64,000 nucleotides of DNA from Paragordius varius. Its lineage: Eukaryota > Animalia > Nematomorpha. The notes below the pieces were generated by a model, which ran no database searches, had not been told where the DNA came from, and saw only the letters and a list, made by a program, of their open reading frames with translations. Location of the stretch: positions 11,780,001 to 11,844,000 of the forward strand of contig OZ176053.1 in NCBI GenBank assembly GCA_964247055.1, given 5' to 3'. Positions 37,301 through 49,300 of this stretch are shown here, piece by piece. The stretch's first letter is position 1. Each line of letters starts with the position of its first letter. Both the position numbers and the translations under genes were made by a program.

Positions 37301-40300
37301 GGCGCAAGGATAATATTGAGATATTGGAAGATGAACGGGTTAGGTTTGTACAGGAAGGCCTTGTTTACAAATTGGTAATTGGCAAGGTAGATGTAGAAGA
37401 CAAGGGCGTGTACAGCCTTGAATTCGAAGGTCAACAAGTGAAAACAGAGGTGGTGATCCACGGTATCCATAAATGTTCTTATAATAATAATTAGAAGTGC
37501 CGGTCGAAAAGATGGAAGAAATTAATGTAGTCGAAGTTGAGGAGGGTGGCCGACTTGATTTGACAGTCACCTTGCCTCACATAGTCGACAAGGTGATTTG
37601 GAAAAAGGACGAAACTGAGATTTTGACGGATGAACGCATCTTGTTTCGTCCTGAAGGTGTTACGCAAAGATTGGTGATATCCAAAGCTACTCCCCACGAT
37701 TCCGGTGTCTACACGCTCGAGTTTGAGGGCGAAGAGGTCAAAACGCACGTCAAAATCAAAGGTTTTATCGTTCACGCTAATGTTTTATTAGAAATATCAG
37801 TCGAAAATTTGGAGGAAATTCAAGTCATCGAAGCTGATGTCGGTGCTACGCTCGAGATATCCGTTACTCTGTCTCGCGATATCAAAGATGTCAAATGGCG
37901 CAAGGATAATATTGAGATATTGGAAGATGAACGGGTTAGGTTTGTACAGGAAGGCCTTGTTTACAAATTGGTAATTGGCAAGGTAGATGTAGAAGACAAG
38001 GGCGTGTACAGCCTTGAATTCGAAGGTCAACAAGTGAAAACAGAGGTCGTGATCCACGGTATCCATAAATGTTCTTATAATAATAATTAGAAGTGCCGGT
38101 CGAAAAGATGGAAGAAATTAATGTAGTCGAAGTTGAGGAGGGTGGCCGACTTGATTTGACAGTCACCTTGCCCATAGTCGACAAGGTGATTTGGAAGAAG
38201 GACGAAACTGAGATTTTGACGGATGAACGCATCTCGTTCCGTCCTGAAGGTGTTACGCAAAGATTGGTAATATCCAAAGCTACTCCCCACGATTCCGGTG
38301 TCTACACGCTCGAGTTTGAGGGCGAAGAGGTCAAAACGCACGTCAAAATCAAAGGTTTTATCGTTCACGCTAATGTTTTATTAGAAATACCAGTCGAAAA
38401 TTTGGAGGAAATTCAAGTCATCGAAGCTGATGTCGGTGCTACGCTCGAGATATCCGTTACTCTGTCTCGCGATATCAAAGATGTCAAATGGCGCAAGGAT
38501 AATATTGAGATATTGGAAGATGAACGGGTTAGGTTTGTACAGGAAGGCCTTGTTTACAAATTGGTAATTGGCAAGGTAGATGTAGAAGACAAGGGCGTGT
38601 ACAGCCTTGAATTCGAAGGTCAACAAGTGAAAACAGAGGTCGTGATCCACGGTATCCATAAATGTTCTTATAATAATAATTAGAAGTGCCGGTCGAAAAG
38701 ATGGAAGAAATTAATGTAGTCGAAGTTGAGGAGGGTGGCCGACTTGATTTGACAGTCACCTTGCCTCACATAGTCGACAAGGTGATTTGGAAGAAGGACG
38801 AAACTGAGATTTTGACGGATGAACGCATCTCGTTCCGTCCTGAAGGTGTTACGCAAAGATTGGTGATATCCAAAGCTACTCCCCACGATTCCGGTGTCTA
38901 CACGCTCGAGTTTGAGGGCGAAGAGGTCAAAACGCACGTCAAAATCAAAGGTTTTATCGTTCACGCTAATGTTTTATTAGAAATACCAGTCGAAAATTTG
39001 GAGGAAATTCAAGTCATCGAAGCTGATGTCGGTGCTACGCTCGAGATATCCGTTACTCTGTCTCGCGATATCAAAGATGTCAAATGGCGCAAGGATAATA
39101 TTGAGATATTGGAAGATGAACGGGTTAGGTTTGTACAGGAAGGCCTTGTTTACAAATTGGTAATTGGCAAGGTAGATGTAGAAGACAAGGGCGTGTACAG
39201 CCTTGAATTCGAAGGTCAACAAGTGAAAACAGAGGTCGTGATCCACGGTATCCATAAATGTTCTTATAATAATAATTAGAAGTGCCGGTCGAAAAGATGG
39301 AAGAAATTAATGTAGTCGAAGTTGAGGAGGGTGGCCGACTTGATTTGACAGTCACCTTGCCTCACATAGTCGACAAGGTGATTTGGAAGAAGGACGAAAC
39401 TGAGATTTTGACGGATGAACGCATCTCGTTCCGTCCTGAAGGTGTTACGCAAAGATTGGTGATATCCAAAGCTACTCCCCACGATTCCGGTGTCTACACG
39501 CTCGAGTTTGAGGGCGAAGAGGTCAAAACGCACGTCAAAATCAAAGGTTTTATCGTTCACGCTAATGTTTTATTAGAAATACCAGTCGAAAATTTGGAGG
39601 AAATTCAAGTCATCGAAGCTGATGTCGGTGCTACGCTCGAGATATCCGTTACTCTGTCTCGCGATATCAAAGATGTCAAATGGCGCAAGGATAATATTGA
39701 GATATTGGAAGATGAACGGGTTAGGTTTGTACAGGAAGGCCTTGTTTACAAATTGGTAATTGGCAAGGTAGATGTAGAAGACAAGGGCGTGTACAGCCTT
39801 GAATTCGAAGGTCAACAAGTGAAAACAGAGGTCGTGATCCACGGTATCCATAAATGTTCTTATAATAATAATTAGAAGTGCCGGTCGAAAAGATGGAAGA
39901 AATTAATGTAGTCGAAGTTGAGGAGGGTGGCCGACTTGATTTGACAGTCACCTTGCCTCACATAGTCGACAAGGTGATTTGGAAGAAGGACGAAACTGAG
40001 ATTTTGACGGATGAACGCATCTCGTTCCGTCCTGAAGGTGTTACGCAAAGATTGGTGATATCCAAAGCTACTCCCCACGATTCCGGTGTCTACACGCTCG
40101 AGTTTGAGGGCGAAGAGGTCAAAACGCACGTCAAAATCAAAGGTTTTATCGTTCACGCTAATGTTTTATTAGAAATACCAGTCGAAAATTTGGAGGAAAT
40201 TCAAGTCATCGAAGCTGATGTCGGTGCTACGCTCGAGATATCCGTTACTCTGTCTCGCGATATCAAAGATGTCAAATGGCGCAAGGATAATATTGAGATA

Positions 40301-43300
40301 TTGGAAGATGAACGGGTTAGGTTTGTACAGGAAGGCCTTGTTTACAAATTGGTAATTGGCAAGGTAGATGTAGAAGACAAGGGCGTGTACAGCCTTGAAT
40401 TCGAAGGTCAACAAGTGAAAACAGAGGTCGTGATCCACGGTATCCATAAATGTTCTTATAATAATAATTAGAAGTGCCGGTCGAAAAGATGGAAGAAATT
40501 AATGTAGTCGAAGTTGAGGAGGGTGGCCGACTTGATTTGACAGTCACCTTGCCTCACATAGTCGACAAGGTGATTTGGAAGAAGGACGAAACTGAGATTT
40601 TGACGGATGAACGCATCTCGTTCCGTCCTGAAGGTGTTACGCAAAGATTGGTGATATCCAAAGCTACTCCCCACGATTCCGGTGTCTACACGCTCGAGTT
40701 TGAGGGCGAAGAGGTCAAAACGCACGTCAAAATCAAAGGTTTTATCGTTCACGCTAATGTTTTATTAGAAATACCAGTCGAAAATTTGGAGGAAATTCAA
40801 GTCATCGAAGCTGATGTCGGTGCTACGCTCGAGATATCCGTTACTCTGTCTCGAGATATCAAAGATGTCAAATGGCGCAAGGATAATATTGAGATATTGG
40901 AAGATGAACGGGTTAGGTTTGTACAGGAAGGCCTTGTTTACAAATTGGTAATTGGCAAGGTAGATGTAGAAGACAAGGGCGTGTACAGCCTTGAATTCGA
41001 AGGTCAACAAGTGAAAACAGAGGTCGTGATCCACGGTATCCATAAATGTTCTTATAATAATAATTAGAAGTGCCGGTCGAAAAGATGGAAGAAATTAATG
41101 TAGTCGAAGTTGAGGAGGGTGGCCGACTTGATTTGACAGTCACCTTGCCTCACATAGTCGACAAGGTGATTTGGAAGAAGGACAAAACTGAGATTTTGAC
41201 GGATGAACGCATCTCGTTCCGTCCTGAAGGTGTTACGCAAAGATTGGTGATATCCAAAGCTACTCCCCACGATTCCGGTGTCTACACGCTCGAGTTTGAG
41301 GGCGAAGAGGTCAAAACGCACGTCAAAATCAAAGGTTTTATCGTTCACGCTAATGTTTTATTAGAAATACCAGTCGAAAATTTGGAGGAAATTCAAGTCA
41401 TCGAAGCTGATGTCGGTGCTACGCTCGAGATATCCGTTACTCTGTCTCGCGATATCAAAGATGTCAAATGGCGCAAGGATAATATTGAGATATTGGAAGA
41501 TGAACGGGTTAGGTTTGTACAGGAAGGCCTTGTTTACAAATTGGTAATTGGCAAGGTAGATGTAGAAGACAAGGGCGTGTACAGCCTTGAATTCGAAGGT
41601 CAACAAGTGAAAACAGAGGTCGTGATCCACGGTATCCATAAATGTTCTTATAATAATAATTAGAAGTGCCGGTCGAAAAGATGGAAGAAATTAATGTAGT
41701 CGAAGTTGAGGAGGGTGGCCGACTTGATTTGACAGTCACCTTGCCTCACATAGTCGACAAGGTGATTTGGAAGAAGGACGAAACTGAGATTTTGACGGAT
41801 GAACGCATCTCGTTCCGTCCTGAAGGTGTTACGCAAAGATTGGTGATATCCAAAGCTACTCCCCACGATTCCGGTGTCTACACGCTCGAGTTTGAGGGCG
41901 AAGAGGTCAAAACGCACGTCAAAATCAAAGGTTTTATCGTTCACGCTAATGTTTTATTAGAAATACCAGTCGAAAATTTGGAGGAAATTCAAGTCATCGA
42001 AGCTGATGTCGGTGCTACGCTCGATATATCCGTTACTCTGTCTCGAGATATCAAAGATGTCAAATGGCGCAAGGATAATATTGAGATATTGGAAGATGAA
42101 CGGGTTAGGTTTGTACAGGAAGGCCTTGTTTACAAATTGGTAATTGGCAAGGTAGATGTAGAAGACAAGGGCGTGTACAGCCTTGAATTCGAAGGTCAAC
42201 AAGTGAAAACAGAGGTCGTGATCCACGGTATCCATAAATGTTCTTATAATAATAATTAGAAGTGCCGGTCGAAAAGATGGAAGAAATTAATGTAGTCGAA
42301 GTTGAGGAGGGTGGCCGACTTGATTTGACAGTCACCTTGCCTCACATAGTCGACAAGGTGATTTGGAAGAAGGACGAAACTGAGATTTTGACGGATGAAC
42401 GCATCTCGTTCCGTCCTGAAGGTGTTACGCAAAGATTGGTGATATCCAAAGCTACTCCCCACGATTCCGGTGTCTACACGCTCGAGTTTGAGGGCGAAGA
42501 GGTCAAAACGCACGTCAAAATCAAAGGTTTTATCGTTCACGCTAATGTTTTATTAGAAATACCAGTCGAAAATTTGGAGGAAATTCAAGTCATCGAAGCT
42601 GATGTCGGTGCTACGCTCGAGATATCCGTTACTCTGTCTCGCGATATCAAAGATGTCAAATGGCGCAAGGATAATATTGAGATATTGGAAGATGAACGGG
42701 TTAGGTTTGTACAGGAAGGCCTTGTTTACAAATTGGTAATTGGCAAGGTAGATGTAGAAGACAAGGGCGTGTACAGCCTTGAATTCGAAGGTCAACAAGT
42801 GAAAACAGAGGTCGTGATCCACGGTATCCATAAATGTTCTTATAATAATAATTAGAAGTGCCGGTCGAAAAGATGGAAGAAATTAATGTAGTCGAAGTTG
42901 AGGAGGGTGGCCGACTTGATTTGACAGTCACCTTGCCTCACATAGTCGACAAGGTGATTTGGAAGAAGGACGAAACTGAGATTTTGACGGATGAACGCAT
43001 CTCGTTCCGTCCTGAAGGTGTTACGCAAAGATTGGTGATATCCAAAGCTACTCCCCACGATTCCGGTGTCTACACGCTCGAGTTTGAGGGCGAAGAGGTC
43101 AAAACGCACGTCAAAATTAAAGGTTTTATCGTTCACGCTAATGTTTTATTAGAAATATCAGTCGAAAATTTGGAGGAAATTCAAGTCATCGAAGCTGATG
43201 TCGGTGCTACGCTCGAGATATCCGTTACTCTGTCTCGCGAGATCAAAGATGTCAAATGGCGCAATGATAATATTGAGATATTGGAAGATGAACGGGTTAG

Positions 43301-46300
43301 GTTTGTACAGGAAGGCCTTGTTTACAAATTGGTAATTGGCAAGGTAGATGTAGATGACAAGGGCGTGTACAGCCTTGAATTCGAAGGTCAACAAGTGAAA
43401 ACAGAGGTCGTGATCCACGGTATCCATAAATGTTCTTATAATAATAATTAGAAGTGCCGGTCGAAAAGATGGAAGAAATTAATGTAGTCGAAGTTGAGGA
43501 GGGTGGCCGACTTGATTTGACAGTCACCTTGCCTCACATAGTCGACAAGGTGATTTGGAAGAAGGACGAAACTGAGATTTTTACGGATGAACACATCTCG
43601 TTCCGTCCTGAAGGTGTTACGCAAAGATTGGTGATATCCAAAGCTACTCCCCACGATTCCGGTGTCTACACGCTCGAGTTTGAGGGCGAAGAGGTCAAAA
43701 TGCACGTCAAAATCAAAGGTTTCATCGTTCACGCTAATGTTTTATTAGAAATACCAGTCGAAAATTTGGAGGAAATTCAAGTCATCGAAGCTGATGTCGG
43801 TGCTACGCTCGAGATATCCGTTACTCTGTCTCGCGATATCAAAGATGTCAAATGGCGCAAGGATAATATTGAGATATTGGAAGATGAACGGGTTAGGTTT
43901 GTACAGGAAGGCCTTGTTTACAAATTGGTAATTGGCAAGGTAGATGTAGAAGACAAGGGCGTGTACAGCCTTGAATTCGAAGGTCAACAAGTGAAAACAG
44001 AGGTCGTGATCCACGGTATCCATAAATGTTCTTATAATAATAATTAGAAGTGCCGGTCGAAAAGATGGAAGAAATTAATGTAGTCGAAGTTGAGGAGGGT
44101 GGCCGACTTGATTTGACAGTCACCTTGCCTCACATAGTCGACAAGGTGATTTGGAAGAAGGACGAAACTGAGATTTTGACGGATGAACGCATCTCGTTCC
44201 GTCCTGAAGGTGTTACGCAAAGATTGGTGATATCCAAAGCTACTCCCCACGATTCCGGTGTCTACACGCTCGAGTTTGAGGGCGAAGAGGTCAAAACGCA
44301 CGTCAAAATCAAAGGTTTCATCGTTCACGCTAATGTTTTATTAGAAATACCAGTCGAAAATTTGGAGGAAATTCAAGTCATCGAAGCTGATGTCGGTGCT
44401 ACGCTCGAGATATCCGTTACTCTGTCTCGCGATATCAAAGATGTCAAATGGCGCAAGGATAATATTGAGATATTGGAAGATGAACGGGTTAGGTTTGTAC
44501 AGGAAGGCCTTGTTTACAAATTGGTAATTGGCAAGGTAGATGTAGAAGACAAGGGCGTGTACAGCCTTGAATTCGAAGGTCAACAAGTGAAAACAGAGGT
44601 CGTGATCCACGGTATCCTTAAATCTTCTTATAATAATAATTAGAAGTGCCGGTCGAAAAGATGGAAGAAATTAATGTAGTCGAAGTTGAGGAGGGTGGCC
44701 GACTTGATTTGACAGTCACCTTGCCTCACATAGTCGACAAGGTGATTTGGAAGAAGGACGAAACTGAGATTTTGACGGATGAACGCATCTCGTTCCGTCC
44801 TGAAGGTGTTACGCAAAGATTGGTGATATCCAAAGCTACTCCTCACGATTCCGGTGTCTACACGCTCGAGCTTGAGGGCGAAGAGGTCAAAACGCACGTC
44901 AAAATCAAAGGTTTCATCGTTCACGCTAATGTTTTATTAGAAATACCAGTCGAAAATTTGGAGGAAATTCAAGTCATCGAAGCTGATGTCGGTGCTACGC
45001 TCGAGATATCCGTTACTCTGTCTCGCGATATCAAAGATGTCAAATGGCGCAAGGATAATATTGAGATATTGGAAGATGAACGGGTTAGGTTTGTACAGGA
45101 AGGCCTTGTTTACAAATTGGTAATTGGCAAGGTAGATGTAGAAGACAAGGGCGTGTACAGCCTTGAATTCGAAGGTCAACAAGTGAAAACAGAGGTCGTG
45201 ATCCACGGTATCCATAAATGTTCTTATAATAATAATTAGAAGTGCCGGTCGAAAAGATGGAAGAAATTAATGTAGTCGAAGTTGAGGAGGGTGGCCGACT
45301 TGATTTGACAGTCACCTTGCCTCACATAGTCGACAAGGTGATTTGGAAGAAGGACGAAACTGAGATTTTGACGGATGAACGCATCTCGTTCCGTCCTGAA
45401 GGTGTTACGCAAAGATTGGTGATATCCAAAGCTACTCCCCACGATTCCGGTGTCTACACGCTCGAGTTTGAGGGCGAAGAGGTCAAAACGCACGTCAAAA
45501 TCAAAGGTTTTATCGTTCACGCTAATGTTTTATTAGAAATACCAGTCGAAAATTTGGAGGAAATTCAAGTCATCGAAGCTGATGTCGGTGCTACGCTCGA
45601 GATATCCGTTACTCTGTCTCGCGATATCAAAGATGTCAAATGGCGCAAGGATAATATTGAGATATTGGAAGATGAACGGGTTAGGTTTGTACAGGAAGGC
45701 CTTGTTTACAAATTGGTAATTGGCAAGGTAGATGTAGAAGACAAGGGCGTGTACAGCCTTGAATTCGAAGGTCAACAAGTGAAAACAGAGGTCGTGATCC
45801 ACGGTATCCATAAATGTTCTTATGATAATAATTAGAAGTGCCGGTCGAAAAGATGGAAGAAATTAATGTAGTCGAAGTTGAGGAGGGCGGCCGACTTGAT
45901 TTGACAGTCACCTTGCCTCACATAGTCGACAAGGTGATTTGGAAGAAGGACGAAACTGAGATTTTGACGGATGAACGCATCTCGTTCCGTCCTGAAGGTG
46001 TTACGCAAAGATTGGTGATATCCAAAGCTACTCCCCACGATTCCGGTGTCTACACGCTCGAGTTTGAGGGCGAAGAGGTCAAAACGCACGTCAAAATCAA
46101 AGGTTTCATCGTTCACGCTAATGTTTTATTAGAAATACCAGTTGAAAATTTGGAGGAAATTCAAGTCATCGAAGCTGATGTCGGTGCTACGCTCGAGATA
46201 TCCGTTACTCTGTCTCGCGATATCAAAGATGTCAAATGGCGCAAGGATAATATTGAGATATTGGAAGATGAACGGGTTAGGTTTGTACAGGAAGGCCTTG

Positions 46301-49300
46301 TTTACAAATTGGTAATTGGCAAGGTAGATGTAGAAGACAAGGGCGTGTACAGCCTTGAATTCGAAGGTCAACAAGTGAAAACAGAGGTCGTGATCCACGG
46401 TATCCATAAATGTTCTTATAATAATAATTAGAAGTGCCGGTCGAAAAGATGGAAGAAATTAATGTAGTCGAAGTTGAGGAGGGTGGCCGACTTGATTTGA
46501 CAGTCACCTTGCCTCACATAGTCGACAAGGTGATTTGGAAGAAGGACAAAACTGAGATTTTGACGGATGAACGCATCTCGTTCCGTCCTGAAGGTGTTAC
46601 GCAAAGATTGGTGATATCCAAAGCTACTCCCCACGATTCCGGTGTCTACACGCTCGAGTTTGAGGGCGAAGAGGTCAAAACGCACGTCAAAATCAAAGGT
46701 TTTATCGTTCACGCTAATGTTTTATTAGAAATACCAGTCGAAAATTTGGAGGAAATTCAAGTCATCGAAGCTGATGTCGGTGCTACGCTCGAGATATCCG
46801 TTACTCTGTCTCGCGATATCAAAGATGTCAAATGGCGCAAGGATAATATTGAGATATTGGAAGATGAACGGGTTAGGTTTGTACAGGAAGGCCTTGTTTA
46901 CAAATTGGTAATTGGCAAGGTAGATGTAGAAGACAAGGGCGTGTACAGCCTTGAATTCGAAGGTCAACAAGTGAAAACAGAGGTCGTGATCCACGGTATC
47001 CATAAATGTTCTTATAATAATAATTAGAAGTGCCGGTCGAAAAGATGGAAGAAATTAATGTAGTCGAAGTTGAGGAGGGTGGCCGACTTGATTTGACAGT
47101 CACCTTGCCTCACATAGTCGACAAGGTGATTTGGAAGAAGGACGAAACTGAGATTTTGACGGATGAACGCATCTCGTTCCGTCCTGAAGGTGTTACGCAA
47201 AGATTGGTGATATCCAAAGCTACTCCCCACGATTCCGGTGTCTACACGCTCGAGTTTGAGGGCGAAGAGGTCAAAACGCACGTCAAAATCAAAGGTTTTA
47301 TCGTTCACGCTAATGTTTTATTAGAAATACCAGTCGAAAATTTGGAGGAAATTCAAGTCATCGAAGCTGATGTCGGTGCTACGCTCGAGATATCCGTTAC
47401 TCTGTCTCGCGATATCAAAGATGTCAAATGGCGCAAGGATAATATTGAGATATTGGAAGATGAACGGGTTAGGTTTGTACAGGAAGGCCTTGTTTACAAA
47501 TTGGTAATTGGCAAGGTAGATGTAGAAGACAAGGGCGTGTACAGCCTTGAATTCGAAGGTCAACAAGTGAAAACAGAGGTCGTGATCCACGGTATCCATA
47601 AATGTTCTTATAATAATAATTAGAAGTGCCGGTCGAAAAGATGGAAGAAATTAATGTAGTCGAAGTTGAGGAGGGTGGCCGACTTGATTTGACAGTCACC
47701 TTGCCTCACATAGTCGACAAGGTGATTTGGAAGAAGGACGAAACTGAGATTTTGACGGATGAACGCATCTCGTTCCGTCCTGAAGGTGTTACGCAAAGAT
47801 TGGTGATATCCAAAGCTACTCCCCACGATTCCGGTGTCTACACGCTCGAGTTTGAGGGCGAAGAGGTCAAAACGCACGTCAAAATCAAAGGTTTCATCGT
47901 TCACGCTAATGTTTTATTAGAAATACCAGTCGAAAATTTGGAGGAAATTCAAGTCATCGAAGCTGATGTCGGTGCTACGCTCGAGATATCCGTTACTCTG
48001 TCTCGCGATATCAAAGATGTCAAATGGCGCAAGGATAATATTGAGATATTGGAAGATGAACGGGTTAGGTTTGTACAGGAAGGCCTTGTTTACAAATTGG
48101 TAATTGGCAAGGTAGATGTAGAAGACAAGGGCGTGTACAGCCTTGAATTCGAAGGTCAACAAGTGAAAACAGAGGTCGTGATCCACGGTATCCATAAATG
48201 TTCTTATAATAATAATTAGAAGTGCCGGTCGAAAAGATGGAAGAAATTAATGTAGTCGAAGTTGAGGAGGGTGGCCGACTTGATTTGACAGTCACCTTGC
48301 CTCACATAGTCGACAAGGTGATTTGGAAGAAGGACGAAACTGAGATTTTGACGGATGAACGCATCTCGTTCCGTCCTGAAGGTGTTACGCAAAGATTGGT
48401 GATATCCAAAGCTACTCCCCACGATTCCGGTGTCTACACGCTCGAGTTTGAGGGCGAAGAGGTCAAAACGCACGTCAAAATCAAAGGTTTCATCGTTCAC
48501 GCTAATGTTTTATTAGAAATACCAGTCGAAAATTTGGAGGAAATTCAAGTCGAAGCTGATGTCGGTGCTACGCTCGAGATATCCGTTACTCTGTCTCGCG
48601 ATATCAAAGATGTCAAATGGCGCAAGGATAATATTGAGATATTGGAAGATGAACGGGTTAGGTTTGTACAGGAAGGCCTTGTTTACAAATTGGTAATTGG
48701 CAAGGTAGATGTAGAAGACAAGGGCGTGTACAGCCTTGAATTCGAAGGTCAACAAGTGAAAACAGAGGTCGTGATCCACGGTATCCATAAATGTTCTTAT
48801 AATAATAATTAGAAGTGCCGGTCGAAAAGATGGAAGAAATTAATGTAGTCGAAGTTGAGGAGGGTGGCCGACTTGATTTGACAGTCACCTTGCCTCACAT
48901 AGTCGACAAGGTGATTTGGAAGAAGGACGAAACTGAGATTTTGACGGATGAACGCATCTCGTTCCGTCCTGAAGGTGTTACGCAAAGATTGGTGATATCC
49001 AAAGCTACTCCCCACGATTCCGGTGTCTACACGCTCGAGTTTGAGGGCGAAGAGGTCAAAACGCACGTCAAAATCAAAGGTTTCATCGTTCACGCTAATG
49101 TTTTATTAGAAATACCAGTCGAAAATTTGGAGGAAATTCAAGTCATCGAAGCTGATGTCGGTGCTACGCTCGAGATATCCGTTACTCTGTCTCGCGATAT
49201 CAAAGATGTCAAATGGCGCAAGGATAATATTGAGATATTGGAAGATGAACGGGTTAGGTTTGTACAGGAAGGCCTTGTTTACAAATTGGTAATTGGCAAG

